Shown: piece after piece, positions 40,519-54,097 of the stretch
Position numbering within the stretch: position 1 is the stretch's first letter
Layout: each line of letters starts with the position of its first letter
NCBI GenBank assembly: GCA_000320545.1
Contig: ADNK01002379.1
Span: 1-64,000 of the forward strand
DNA: 64,000 bases
Source: Bigelowiella natans CCMP2755
Lineage: Eukaryota > Protista > Cercozoa
Direction: 5' to 3'
Translations under genes and position numbers: made by a program
The notes under the pieces: generated by a model
Database searches by the model: none
What the model was told of the DNA's origin: nothing
The model's input: only the letters and a program-made list of their open reading frames with translations

Positions 40519-41287
40519 TTTACCAGCAGCATCTTCTCAACCCTCGTAGTTGTGTTAATGATAATTCGATAAGGTATCTACAACAAGATCAATTACTACT
40601 ACTACTACTACTACTACTACTACGTAATGCACATTGATCAACGCCATACCAAGCCACCCAGAGGCTACTGCCATCTTGTGAAATGTGAAGGCCCTCCGTG
40701 CATTTAATCTCCTCGTCGGTTATCTTCGAGTGTGAGTGCCAGGCAGCACAGCGACAAATGGGGGGGGGGGTAGCGACATGTTCGATGGTGAAAGGAAAGA
40801 GACCAAGAAAGACCACGTAGCAACAAAGAAGAATCAATCGCCGATAATAATATACACAAGTTTCTCCTCAAGTAGTTTTCTACACAATACTGTTCAGACA
40901 GGCTCAGAGATTCTTCTCCTACCGTATATGCGTATTCAAACGTCTGGAGCTCTGCACTCCATCGCATAACCACGACCCCCCACACTTTATACTGATAAAG
41001 AGAGATGGGAGAGCAGGGGGGGGAAGGGCACATAGCCTCCATAAAGTCAGCGAATTGCTGCTGTCAAGGTCATCATTATTGCATGCTTTCGAAACTGAAA
41101 AAGACACGACAGGTCTCAACCAATCAGACTGAAAAGCAGACATTTCAAATCTTAACATATTTTGGAAAGTCGCTTCGTTCGCGAGGAGGGCGGGGACTCA
41201 AAGTTCACGGATTACTATATTAGCGACGATTACGCCATCAATCTTTACCTCTGATGTAGTTGCTCTTGTAAAAAGCATCGATTATTA

Positions 41288-41318
<31 letters not shown>

Positions 41319-42030
41319 CCCCCACCATCAACCACTGCTGCAAATAGTGCTAATCTTTGTGTAACAACCTGGCTCACGAATAGATATTCCCGACTCACGG
41401 CAAGACAGGTCTGACGGTTGAATGACGAAAGGCACACGCGATGGTTACATATCCTACGAATCTACATGTAGGTAGTACTAGTACAGAGCAGGATTCGAAT
41501 GGCATTTTTTTTTTCCAACACCGGCCATAAGCTTGTCCCGTGCGCGTGCTCTCGGATGCGCCTTCTCTTCCCACGCTTTCGTACGAGACTGGAAGAATGA
41601 TACGGGTATGTGGGTTTGACTTAAAGTGGTCATAGGAAGAAAGGTAATAGTAGTAAAAATTTTCCTTAGGAGTAATACGCAATACATTCGAAATAATAAG
41701 GTATTCCCACTGAACACCGCCCCATACGGGGTGTACATTAGTGCATTAATATCCCCCCCCCCCCCCCCCCCCCCCCTCCCTCTCTCTCTTTGCTCCAGAC
41801 ATACGGTGGTAATGGTGTGATTTCTGCGATCTCAGCTCCTGGGTCGTCCCAATAGCAAGTAATTAGGAAGAAGACATTGATGGGGGGGGGGGGAGGAAGA
41901 GGAGGGATTAGGAGGAAGGGAACTGTACAAATCATCGTCCTACGAACATACCTGTGACAGTAAACATCTTAACGACATTCATGCTAGACAGCGTAACCAT
42001 GAGAACCTTTGGCCATTGCTGTGAATTATT
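38330..42030 (-). CDS. Multi-exon gene of unknown function (possibly beta-rich/propeller-like)
   Basis: Minus-strand AG/GT-bounded exons such as YWDDPGAEIAEITPLPP, CTEGLHISQDGSSLWVAWYGVDQC, VLAVSAYLGHILRFDRSGDGNGGHVWAKS and AIAFIGDFMFVTSFLTKE. Both ends uncertain. Confidence 0.5.
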
Positions 42031-42967
42031 ATTATTGTAGGAAACATTTCCTGGTTTAATGTGCACTGGGAAGTTGTTCGTGGCGGGCTCCGAATCAGAG
42101 AGTATTAGGCGCGGAAAGTGAAGAAGAATGAAAGGGTACTATGGGTGTTCTTAGCAGCCGAAAAGAGGTAGAACATCGTAAATCGGCCAACACAATTTAT
42201 CGATACGTCATCGACTCACGCTGTTGTAGTTATGCGCAGTTCTTTCACCTTGGCACGAAACATGGCCCCGCAGATTCTGTCCAAAATATAGATTGTGCAT
42301 GACAAAAAGGCAATCATCGGCGAGGGGAAGCGACGCCATCACGAATCCTCAAATACCGTCTAAAGCTCTTCGCCACGAGCGGGAGCATTGTATAGCCGTC
42401 AAAGCGAGTGAGGAAAGAAAAAATCCGGGCCATAATAGACTCTGGCAACGTCGATTCAAGCGATTTTGTACTCATAGTGCGACTCTGGTCCTCCACAGCT
42501 CTCCGAAGCGCGGGTGCCTCGCCCAGCTGCACAGGAAGTGCTCTCATGATTGCTTCCGAGCCGTCTGTGTTTGTTGGTGTGTGTTGCCGTGTAAAAATGG
42601 CCTTGGGCTATTTTTTATGCTCAACATATCGTAACTATTTTCAGGAATGTCTCTTTTCGTTTTCGATTAGTGCGTTTTCAATTAGCGTCACACCGGAAAA
42701 CAAGTCGCTCATCGAAATCAGGTTGATCCTGAGGCGATCATCTCGGCTCGTCGGATGAGGAACATTCTCAGAGTAGTCTAGTAGTCCCAGTGGGCGTCGT
42801 GTGCGACTTCGAAAAAGGATTCTAATAAATGCAGGCCATTTTAGGAAATAATGGTTTCAGCATGAACATAAAGAGAAGAATCGGGAATGTTTCTCCTCTC
42901 TTACGCATGAAAGCAGACCCCCGGCTCGACTCGATCAACACATTTCTCGAGATTTGCTACAACCATT

Positions 42968-44239
42968 ATGAATACAAATACTTTCACCTGCCGTACCTGC
43001 AGCGCAACCTTCGTCTCTAGGCCCGCGCTTAAGTCCCATCTAACTCAGAGCAAACACCGTACGTCTAGAAGAAGAGGAAGACGTGGAAGGCGAGAGGGAA
43101 ACCTCCTCCTCAATGCATTCTCGACCAAAGAACAAAGGAGATCCGAGAAGAAATCTAGGAAATCGGCCACCAGCATGAAACTGGATGTGGCCCCAAAAAA
43201 AAAAGAAAAGAAAAGTGATCGGGATGGTGTAATCGATAGTTCGCGTGATTTAGAAGCTATGAAGTACCACCAGCAAGCACTGAATAGGTTCCTCGTAACA
43301 CCTCGACCACCAGGGATCCCAGCCGAGATCTCACCGCCCCCCAGGGTTATCACTCTCCAATGCACATTGACTGAAGGTGTTCCAGTCGATGTTCAGAAGA
43401 GAGCAGCGATGATTGTGAGGCATCGGGGGGAGTTCTCCAGAGAACCTATTCATAGTGAGACGGACAAAAGAATTAAACAATTTGTATCAGAAACCACAAT
43501 GACGTGGGCGCAAGCAATCAGCCTGCGATCACAGTTCCAAAGTCAAAGAGCATTGTTCTCATTCGGAAATGTAATCAAGAATGTGTCTGCCCTCTTGAAA
43601 GCGTATTCTCAGGGATGCGGGGTCATAGAGCTTTCAAATCGATTCGACGCTCCGCCTTACCAACTGTTGCGAGCGATATTCAAGGAGAGGGGCGCTGGGA
43701 AGTCCAGCATTCGACAGGCTTTCATTTACCCGAGCGGGAAAAAATGGTCTGAATTTGATATTCATCAGATTAAGCTCGCTAAGGTATTAGACACCTGCAG
43801 TGGGCCAGATATGACCATTCAGCAGAAAAAAGCAACCGAATTTGAAGACAAGCTTAAGGAAAAATTAAAATCTTTAAGAGTCAAATTTTTAGATGAAATA
43901 CAGATGCGAAGCAACTATGAAAAATCGAAGAAGGAAAATAAATCACAGAAGACGCATTTACTAACACCAGATATGCTCCTACTCGATGACGTGAGAATAA
44001 ATGGGGTCCCAATCTCCTGGATAGATGCGAAGTGCTATTACATATCTCGGGACGTGAAGTCCACTTTCAGCAGAATAAAGAAAATGATTAAGAAATATCG
44101 AGAAAGATTTGGACACGGGCTCGTGGTGCTTAAAGAAGGGTTTTGCGAAAACGTTGACTGCCCTGGAGCAACTTTCATCCATGCAAATGACTTTTTTGAC
44201 TTGCATGTAGCAAATGAAGCAAAAAGGGATGCAGAATGA
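42968..44239 (+). CDS. Intronless C2H2 zinc finger + CDIN1/C15orf41-like (TPD-motif, PD-(D/E)XK) nuclease, 423 aa
   Basis: FTCRTCSATFVSRPALKSHLTQSKH (C2H2); HTH-like GVIELSNRFDAPPYQLLRAIF; ATEFEDKLKEKL; TPDMLL..INGVPISWIDAKCYY..YRERFGHGLVVLKEGF as in the TPD/CDIN1 family. Confidence 0.85.
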   Translation: MNTNTFTCRTCSATFVSRPALKSHLTQSKHRTSRRRGRRGRREGNLLLNAFSTKEQRRSEKKSRKSATSMKLDVAPKKKEKKSDRDGVIDSSRDLEAMKYHQQALNRFLVTPRPPGIPAEISPPPRVITLQCTLTEGVPVDVQKRAAMIVRHRGEFSREPIHSETDKRIKQFVSETTMTWAQAISLRSQFQSQRALFSFGNVIKNVSALLKAYSQGCGVIELSNRFDAPPYQLLRAIFKERGAGKSSIRQAFIYPSGKKWSEFDIHQIKLAKVLDTCSGPDMTIQQKKATEFEDKLKEKLKSLRVKFLDEIQMRSNYEKSKKENKSQKTHLLTPDMLLLDDVRINGVPISWIDAKCYYISRDVKSTFSRIKKMIKKYRERFGHGLVVLKEGFCENVDCPGATFIHANDFFDLHVANEAKRDAE

Positions 44240-44864
44240 AAGCATCATGAAAAAACAGTGATTAAATTGTTAATGGTTTAACATATCTGAACTAGAGCTA
44301 AGTAGAGAGCTTTGTAATGTTGTATATTTAGCTACATCACTATGCGCTGTCACAGATCTGCAAGTAATTTTCAGCATGCATATCTAGCAATATCTGTGCT
44401 TATGCTGCTGCGTCGACCATGGTCCGACATTCGGATATAATAATTAGGCTAGTAGGGTCTGGTTGTGCTGCACGCATCACATTAAGAGCAAAATAAGCGA
44501 CCTCGCCTTGAACAGTCACGTACATTCATGTGCTGAAATTTCGACTTGTCTAGTTATGTATATAATGGCTCATGTATATGCTCATCACTGCTAGCTAACG
44601 ATATGCACATTATTCATCGTTTTGATTTCCAACTGCTCCATAGCTGCGTATTTTAATAATCACGTCTAGATGTGATGGAGTGGGAATGTGCAAAGAATTT
44701 TTGTGAGTTTTTCCCCCAGACTAATGGCCAACAACTTTTCTATTTAATTGGGATTGTAAATCATAACCACGTATGGGTAGTAAGAGAACTTACTCAACGC
44801 GCCAATGCTCCTCTACAGTTAACATTATTCATTTCTGCCTTGATAATTGGTAGATCACACAACC

Positions 44865-46119
44865 TTAACCAATTTTATTCATGGAGTCTTGAAACTGTTC
44901 CCACTGAACTGTTTCTCCGCCATCGGCTGACCACTGCTTTAACGTTTTTTGTAAGTCCTCCTTGCTAAGTTCTCCTGCTTCAGAATTCTCTGCGCTCAAT
45001 GCCGCCCATAGAGCATTCATAGCCTCCTCAGACGGATAGTCGCTCGGCTGATAAAAGAGGGTGCCATTTTCTAATCGTACTCATTGAGAAATGGGGATGT
45101 GGTAGTGAAGCAGATGTGATCGTACTACCCTAATATCGAGAAATCCAGGTCCAAGAGGGAACGAGAAACGTAATTCTGAAAAACATTTTTTTTCTGATCA
45201 TAAGGCAGATGTAAAATACCAAACGTAATGCGCGATGCGCGGCAGATACATGGTGACGTCGTCATCCCACCGCACCTTTGAACTTTTTAGCGAAGTCTTC
45301 CTTCGAGATGGTTTGACTCCCTCCAAACATCGAGCTCCACTGCGGGGACATTTTGGATAAATTTGACGGTAAATAAGATTATTAAAGTGCAATTTTTGGA
45401 CCTATCATCTTACCTTCGATTGTTGCGTCCTCTCTGCTAAGTCCTCGCTTTGCACCTTCGATATTTTATTAGAGCGACTCAGCTCATATACTATAATAAA
45501 ACAGTGAGAATTTTTGACCTTTCTTTCTTCGTAGCAGACGATCCACTTCGGCCGAGCGGATATGTACGAGGCGAATCCATAGCCACTCGCCTAGAAGAAA
45601 TGCGCTTTATCACCGACTCACACGAGGTTTTCATAAGTATCATACCGCGGTCTTCTCAACATTCTCGAGGACATATTCTTTATCTGCAAGCCTGCCAAAA
45701 ATTTTGATCAACTCCGGAGTCTCCATTCCTAAAGTAGAAGGGGATCCCATATTCGCGATTAAAACTTTTCAACGACGTCGTCAGTACTCGGCATTCAACC
45801 TGCCGCGGCAAGCACTTCTCTCGTGGATGCAGAACGGCATATTCTCCCATATTGGCCTATCCCGCCTGCGTTACAGGAAGGAGTGATGACATTGATACGC
45901 AACACATAGTCGTTTATTGTCGATTATGTACAAGATGGTACCTGAACGATGCAGACCAATCCTGGCAGGGGAGAGCCTTAGCGCTGCTTGCCGTCCTGAG
46001 ACTATGCTTAACAGCCCAATTGTAGAGACCAAAAGAAAATTTAGTCCAAGGAGATACGAGGTGCTTCTTCTAGGCCGAGAGCTCGAAGGCAGGGCAGGGG
46101 GCGTTGTGGCAGCCATCAT
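44865..46119 (-). CDS. Putative plastid-targeted protein of unknown function, multi-exon
   Basis: N-terminal extension, hydrophobic signal (YLLGLNFLLVSTIGLLSIV) and Arg/Ser-rich transit-like region. Later exons ELIKIFGRLADKEY, SARPKWIVCYEERK, EEAMNALWAAL..VQWEQFQDSMNKIG* (stop 44865). Confidence 0.6.
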
Positions 46120-46483
46120 GGTGGAACAAGAGACTTTCGCAAAGGTTTGAAATCTAGACTAGATATATCATCGATAAAAATTTGCCTATTTCATCGCAAC
46201 TCGTCCAAATGTTCTATGGTCGAACGCCTCTCCTTGAAAACAAAAAAAATACCGGACACCACGTGACTACCGTAGGTTCTGAAAATTTTGCAACGACTTC
46301 TGGATCTGGATGTCTTTCGACAAGGAAAGAGGCAATATGTTGCTCTGCGACAAGCAGTATCTTTCTGGAAGTGCTTCAGCATCACATTCCAGAATATTTT
46401 CCTTTTTTAATCTGTGACAACAAATATTACATGTCGTAGTAAGCAAATGAGGTGAAACAAGTGGTCGGGATTGGAACACACAA

Positions 46484-47489
46484 ATGAAGTCCTCCTCCTC
46501 ATGCACTGCAGACAAGAAAGAGGTTTACGAGAGAGATGTACTGTGTTGAAGATCCTTAACCTTTAATTTGGATGCAGGTCCGTTTGATTGAGTCGACATG
46601 CGAGTTTATCGAGGCTGCAGTCCACACAATTCTGTGTATTCGTGGGGTTTATCCTCGAGGTGATCCAACAGTACCTTTCTTGTATGACTTTTCATATTTA
46701 TTTGCTTTTCTGCAGTTATTTTCAAAGCAATGCAGAAATTCAATGCACCAGTGCGGATGAGTAGGCATGAAAAGTTGACTGATTACATATCGGACGTTGT
46801 TGAGGGACTCTATCAAACGATGAAGAAGGTGAGAACCACATGCCGATACAATTCAAAATCGTTAAGACTAAATTTTGACAGGGGATCGTCCACAAAGTTG
46901 AACTTTTAATCTTAAAACAAGTTGGGGATTCTCAAAAACTGGCAGAGAAATACATATTTGAGGTTCTAAACCCCAACATGTACATCATTCTGGGGTTTCT
47001 GCATCCTGTTCACATGATCGTCTTCATCATTACTCCTTTCATTTCATTATTACCCCCGCCTTTCCCGCTATAACTACTCGAATTATTTTAGATCGGTCCC
47101 GAGATCGCTCAGGCAAAATTTACAGAGAGTATACATGCTGACTTTAGAGCTTGTTTGATCCGACTACTTTCTATGGATATGGTTCGGCCGAGACAGAAAG
47201 GTGACATAACTCTCAGGAAAATGTCAGGGAAATCTTGGCATCAACAGCAAATTTGATACATTTCCACGTATACATAGGCTCGGATTTAACGTTTACCTTA
47301 AGAATGATTACTTCGGCACTTAGCGATAGTGCAGATAAGTCTTGGGTCGCAGTTGGACCACAAACCGACCCCTGGGATAGAGGCGCAGTGACGAGCAATA
47401 GAAAGACACAAAACCTCAAGATAACACCAATTCATCACATGAAAAAACCTATGTCTCTCTCCATGTATGCAATGATAAATGAAAACTAA
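46484..47489 (+). CDS. REV7: HORMA-domain protein REV7/MAD2L2
   Basis: CEFIEAAVHTILCIRGVYPR, KFNAPVRMSRHEKLTDYI, EKYIFE and FRACLIRL are typical of Rev7. Short GT-AG introns. Confidence 0.88.
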
Positions 47490-47559
47490 AATGTAATATA
47501 TCGCAGCGCGAGAACATGATACATCAATGACACCTGACCCCGATCCATGATGTCCATGA

Positions 47560-48045
47560 GTTAGCGCTCATGCTAGCATGTCTCTATATTTTCGGTGCTG
47601 CGGAGCGAGAGCACGTATATTTGTCACTTCTCCTCGCTTGTCACTTTACAGTATTGTTCACATGCTAGCATGGTTTCTGCTGCGTGCGTTACATGCAATC
47701 GATCAGCGCATCGTAATAGTCGAGGTAAAACATTGCACAAGTATAATATGCCTGCAACATCTACTAGCTAGCTAGCTATGCTCATTGCACAGCCAAAGAC
47801 ATGCCTAGATCTAAATATGTGCAGTAGCTAGGTAGACCAAGCTAGCAAGCGAATAATTTGATCAGCATTGCTAGCATTGCCTGAATTGCAAGATGCATGT
47901 CTAGATGTCCTCTATTAGCATGTTTACAAGTATTTAGTTTTGCAAATTTAGTGAGCGTCTAGATTTGCGACGCTTACAATTCAACATCAGCATAATAACA
48001 CCGCATCAGACGGCCTATTTCACTAATTCCAACATTTCTAGATAT
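47560..48045. other. CTAG-rich convergent intergenic island (REV7 >< GHKL gene)
   Basis: About 12 CTAG by eye in ~480 nt. Confidence 0.75.
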
Positions 48046-48054
48046 CGCTCCGAG

Positions 48055-49217
48055 TTATCGATGTGATCGTGTGCGGTCTAATCTTTTGTTCAGGAAACAT
48101 GCAAATTTTGTTAGACATTGCTTTAAAATGTTCTCCTCTTCATAAACAAATGCCCGATTATGAGGTCCCACGGTGTTGTGGGACAATTCATGGCACATAG
48201 AGACGAACCTATTGTTGGACACAAAATCGCAGCAAAATATTCACTTGTGAATGGTGGAAAGGAAATGGGTGAAACCAGAATGTGAGAATCAATAAGGTGC
48301 TGTGCTTGGATATCTAAAGGTAAAGATTCAAGGTGTAGCCAAGAATTGATTCGATGAGAATATTCCGCAGACCAAACAAATTGCTGCTGTTCGCATTTTT
48401 TGGAGAACTCGAAAAATCGTAAACATCATAGCTCGATGGGGGAGGGGGGGGGGGGATACTTCGAGAGAACTTCTGATTACCAAAAATTGTACGTTGCAGG
48501 ATCTCCGATTTTATGGTGGTTTCGCTTAAAATAGGAGGAGTTGAAGAAAAGCTGCCCTCCTTTGTTAAAGGCGACGTTTTCTGTTCTGTCGTCATATGTT
48601 ACTCTACATATCCTCTTTGCTTTCTGCAGTGGCTGACCAAACACCTCGACCCAGAGGTCCAGAATCACGTGGGAGAGAGCCTTGCAGAAGGCCAAGATCT
48701 CACGACTACCTTTGACCTTTGCAAGCCTCCGGGGGACATAAAATGGAAGGATGCTAGCATGATCGGCGTTCGATTGCCAGAGCACGAGGTCCTCTTTCGC
48801 GCCTTCGCAGCACTTAGTCTTTTCTTCCTGCAGCAGCGGATCTGCTTGAATATTAGCCTTTACCACCCCTGAGAGAGAAAAACAATGCAAAGTTATCCGA
48901 AATAGGAGGCCTCTCGGTGTCGCGGCCTTAAGCCCACAATGATTTTTTGTTCATTGACAAACAACAGCAGCAGCAACCACCACGCATACACCCACATACT
49001 ACTTTGAGGCTCGTACGATGCTGGCCCCATTCCCTTGTTGTAAAAATCGAAGGCTGATAAGCTCTTCTCTCGTTGGTGGGGGCTGGAGACTGGAACATCC
49101 TCTGTGGAATAGATAATGGGTTATACACCACCACGAGCTGCTCAGCACTCCAAAACCAACTTACGCGACCACCGCCAGGAGGCTCACATGTCATGCTAGA
49201 AGGAAAAACGCGCGACG

Positions 49218-49257
<40 letters not shown>

Positions 49258-49602
49258 AGACACACGACGATAGATTGGCAGGCAGAGTATCATGCGTAAT
49301 ACTACGCACTTCTGGGTGAGACGCGTGCTCCCTTTACCATGGCCCTGTTTTCTACCCCGCCATTTTCCCCCATTGGAGGTGACTTCGCGCTAGGGGGGGT
49401 TGTATGTGTGAAGGTGGAGGGGACGACGGGAGCTTTCTGGGCCCTTTCCATTTCCTCTTTGGCTCGCCCGAAGAACCCCCTGCGAATGCGCTTGGAGACG
49501 CTGACAAATTGGGTTTGGCACACATGTGTGAGAATAATGTATATATTTACGAATTCAAATGCATGGTGTGAGCTTGTGTGGATATGTACATATGTACATA
49601 TG

Positions 49603-49645
<43 letters not shown>

Positions 49646-50193
49646 AATATTATATAAGAGAGAGGGAGCGATAGAGGCTGTGTTTGTTTGCATTGTTACT
49701 GTTTCTAGCTACTACTATTGCTACTACACACCGTTTTCTGAACACCTCTGGCCTACTAGAAGCTCGTGCGCCTGCATCGATCAAACCTAGAGAATTAAAG
49801 AATTAACATCGGCGTGGAAGTTGATTCGGACAGGAAGCGCGACTTGTGGGTTAGGATTCTACGACGATATGACAGAGCAACCTCATCCAGCTCACCTTCA
49901 ATGAATCTCTCAAGAACGCATGTTTGCGAACAGATGCTTTGGCCCGTCTTGGGGTCCCTGCGCTGATAAGTAGATTCGACAGTGTTGCACTTCATTCTTG
50001 GACGAGGGGGGGGGGGGGGGGGGGTCATTAGCATCCGACAAAAACAGCAATCGTTGACCTCAGTCGAGCAGTGTTCGTTGTGCATCACTAGGTACTCGTG
50101 TACTTTCTTCGTGTTCAAGAGCCTAGCGGAAGGACAACCACACACGATCATATAATTTGTCATTTTGTCGTAGTGCAACTGCATATAGATATG

Positions 50194-50224
<31 letters not shown>

Positions 50225-50309
50225 ATGTGGGTGTGTGTGTGTGTGTGTGCGCTCCAGCGTATGGTATGAACGGACAAACTACAAAGGTTTAAGCATCTAG
50301 AAGGGGGGG

Positions 50310-50356
<47 letters not shown>

Positions 50357-52096
50357 GGGGAGGGTGTAGTGAATGCAGATACCTAACATCAACTGCATAC
50401 TTTGTCCTGGTAGTGCCAATGTTTCCTATGAGTAGAGATAATGAAAGACAACATAAAGCCTTCCCGTACAAACACGAAATGGTTCTTGCATATCTTCAGC
50501 TTCCTCATCCTGTCCTCTCCTCCTTCTCCTCCTCCTTCTCATCATCATCATTATCATCTTGTTGTTGTTATTGTTGTTTTCCGGCACTCTTTTTACCTCT
50601 GGCCGTATCGAAGGGGATGGCAACGTGATTGTCATTGCCAGCAGGAAACTTCTTGAAGTATATGTCCTCTCGACGGATGTCGGGTTGGAGAATGGTGGCC
50701 TAATCGGGCACATCGGTATGTGTAAGGAGGGAGCTTGCATTGTGGATTAAATGTTGTACGGAGGAAGGACCGAGAGACAATTACAAGGCAATATATGCAT
50801 ATAAATATATACTACACATACACATAAATATGTGTATGGCAGAGTGCAAGACATCGACATCATCACCGTTGCCAACCAATTATGATACTCCCATTATGAT
50901 TCGTAGTCCCTCTCTCTCTTTCCCCCTCACCCTCCCTCTTCTGAGTATCTGTATTATGATCAGGCCATCGTCGATTCATTCTTCCCCTCCACTCCTCCTC
51001 CCCTCTTCAGGAGCCTTTCTTCGCATACCCCCTCCTCCTACCTCTTGAAGAAGCTTGGCGCAGAAATTTCTCTGGCCTTGATTCTGTGGAATCCAGTTTG
51101 GAAGGGCCTTTACCTGCTTCCCTTTCAGCCACCAAAGCTTTGTCAGTGACATTACCTCCGATGCCCCTTGCAGCAACTCGAAGAGCCTTGGGAATACCTG
51201 CCAAGCCGGACGCATGTTTTGTTTTCTTCGTTGTGCACAAAGCTCATCATCAGCATCATTGTCATCGTCGCTATCATGATTATCATTACCATTATCATTA
51301 TCATTATCATCATCGAAGTCGCTGGTCCTTTTCATCATGCGACTCCGCGTACAGTAATTCGCCTCCATTGTATGCATAAACGATCCTGGCGGCCATCCCC
51401 CCCCCCCCCCCCCATCCGTACCTGTACAAGCTTAGAGCCGAGATACTTCGCTTCTTTCTCCTCTTTAGAATCGATATGTCCGACTGGGACGGCTCTTGCC
51501 CCCTCCCTCCTCACAAATTCGGAGTACAAGTCGTTCAAATACTCACGTGAAATGAACCCGCTGGGGAAGTTTTTGGGCGGTAGGTGCATATCAGCGAAGC
51601 TTCCGTTCTTAAGGAGAAGGTCGTATATAAACGAGATTGCTGCCTTCCCCTCTATTCAGCGGGGGGGGAGGGGGGTGGGAGGGGAGAAGAAAGGGGCTGA
51701 GAAATTGAAGAGAAAAGAAAGAGATGAACGCTATCATGGCTTGCACGAATACGACTAGGATGGAATGACAGTACATGGATGTAAACAGCTGTATTCTATT
51801 GATCTTCTACCATGAAAGATCGTTGTACCTTTTGAGGCCGAAGCATTCTTCAAGGCCTCAGGAATAAAAATCATTAGATTGTTCACCAATACCGAGTTAC
51901 GGTCTCTACCTGTGAGGGGTGGGTGGGGGGGAGGGGATGGGGAAGAGGAGAAGATAAAGAGGGGAGTAAGAGATCATGGTCTAGCAGAAGAAATATAAGA
52001 GCGAGAGAGGTCAGATCATCAGAGAGGGGCATGGCACATATATGCGGTTCATTAGAGAGCCACCGAATCGCTAATATCAAAACATGCGTTGGGCAT

Positions 52097-52132
<36 letters not shown>

Positions 52133-54097
52133 ATACACGTTCTTTTTACAATTTATTTTATAACATACCAAATCCCAACAACCCGTAGTATTGCCTCGAG
52201 CCGACGAAATTGAACCCGATTTGCCCCTTAAGCTTGGAGCATTCCATGACAAACATCCCTTTCAGGTACACCTAAAAGATAAATACAATGAAGATTCGCA
52301 CAGCTCTTCTTCTGTGGGGGAAACAAGGCCTATCGTCCGACCTTTCCGTGATGTTGTGGGTGCATAAGGAGCTCGAGATTTCTCTCCGCCCTCATCCGCT
52401 GCTGCAAGGATGTGCGGGGAGGGTATATGCCCTCGATATTATCTTCCAGAAATAGGCTGACCACAGGGAACCAGAGTAACTTTTTGATGGCAGTCTATGC
52501 ATGTATTAGCGCTGCGTATGCGGGGTGCGCGTGCATGTGCGTTTGAGCTCGGATCGTCTATGAGGTTAGGCAGAGATAGCGCATCATATGTCGTCGGAAC
52601 TGTGTTGCATTTCCGTGGGTTGCTTTTGCTTACAAATGGGACTCGTCAATTTCCGGCGCTTCACGGATTTCGAAGACTAAATGCACACGTGTGCAGGTTG
52701 ATTTAATTGCTGGTCAGTGTTGGGCGTGGAAAGAGATTCTTCATGGCTGGGACGGAGATTACGATATCACCGGGATTATATGAGGGTGGGGGTGGGAGAG
52801 CTGATGCTGCTATCTAAACACTTTTTCAGTAGTACCTGTATGACCCATCCAGCATGAATTCGACTGCTTCAGCTGTGCATGGAGAGTCTCCTTTCCTACC
52901 ATTCCTGAGGAAGAGAGTACGAGGAGGAAGAAGAAGAAGAGGAGAAGGATAATTGATGAGGGCCAAAATAAAAACGATTGGAAGAGCAGCCAGCAGCAGC
53001 AGCATGTGTATTTTTGAGGAGACCGCAGTGCCGCCGGCGAACCTCGTCAATATTTGTGGGTGGTGGCATTAGAGCTTTGCTGAACATGAAATTAAAACGA
53101 TACTACCGCTGGAACGTCTGTAGCCAAAAGTAAATAATCTGTTCCCTGTTCGCACGGATACCGACGATCCAGACCGCATCTGTAATTAATCACTTCGATG
53201 TATTTCGTAACGACGTCTTTCACAACAAAGGTATGCAATTCTTCCTCCGTCGTCTTCTTCGCTATCATTTCTACCGTCTCTTACTATTCAATTGCTCAGT
53301 ACCAGGCAGTTAATCTCCACTTTCATCCCCTCCCCAAATCCTCCAATGCTGTTGCTAGCTGCTGCCTTCGCGCTATGTCCCATAACTAGAACATCCGGGT
53401 CCAGCACCGTGCCAAGATTAGCCTATCATAAGGAGCGAACAGGACAATAAAATGAGAAGGATATAATGGAAAATGCTAGGCTCTGCAGAAAATTTGGTCA
53501 TAGGGGTTACACATAGCAAATTCGTCGAGGTGCGCCGCATCTTTGAACGGGAGAATATATGAGTACAAGATATTTCCATAAATTTTCAGATCAATTGCTA
53601 TCAAATATGGGCTGGGGTATTCGTTGGTCACCAATAAGGTTCTCGAGCCCTGCCTATGTTTGGTTTGCGAAATAAAGCCGACCTGATATGGAAAGACGGT
53701 TAGGAAGATTATAAAGGGACAAGGTCCGTGTTAGTGTGTTGCAGCCTACAGTCTGCCCTTTCGCGTCCATGCACGCATGGATTGTGGTATCTCCATTCAA
53801 AATTTTTGTGCAGCGTCCGCCTCCTAGCTCTCTGCACCGGTCGATCCAGTTTTGGATCAGCTGTGTGGGGAATAATTAGACGTGGAAGTGAAATTGATAA
53901 AATACTTCGGTCCCTGAAAGATATACCTCTCTCAGATGCCCGAATCCTTTGATGTTCTTTGCATAGTCACGAGAGAGGTTGAGATTATACATTTGCTCAT
54001 CCCGTCCACGTGGGTAGCCCATTGTAGGTCGTTGCGCGATCGGCGGATGACCCCTGTGCCCGAGGAACCCCAGAACCTTTCGCACGAAGTCATCCAT
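48055..54097 (-). CDS. GHKL (Hsp90/MORC-like) ATPase fused to a C-terminal HExxH zincin-like domain, multi-exon
   Basis: LNLSRDY..GHLRE|LIQNWID (motif I, ~53840-53980); ANLGTVLDPDVLVMGHSAK..IGGFGEGMKVE (motifs II/III, ~53305-53420); C-terminal VAFNKGGQLFFNSSYF..YNFW|FVSMCHELSHNTVGPH (48178-48192). Stop at 48055. Start codon and the continuity of all middle exons are tentative. Confidence 0.75.
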
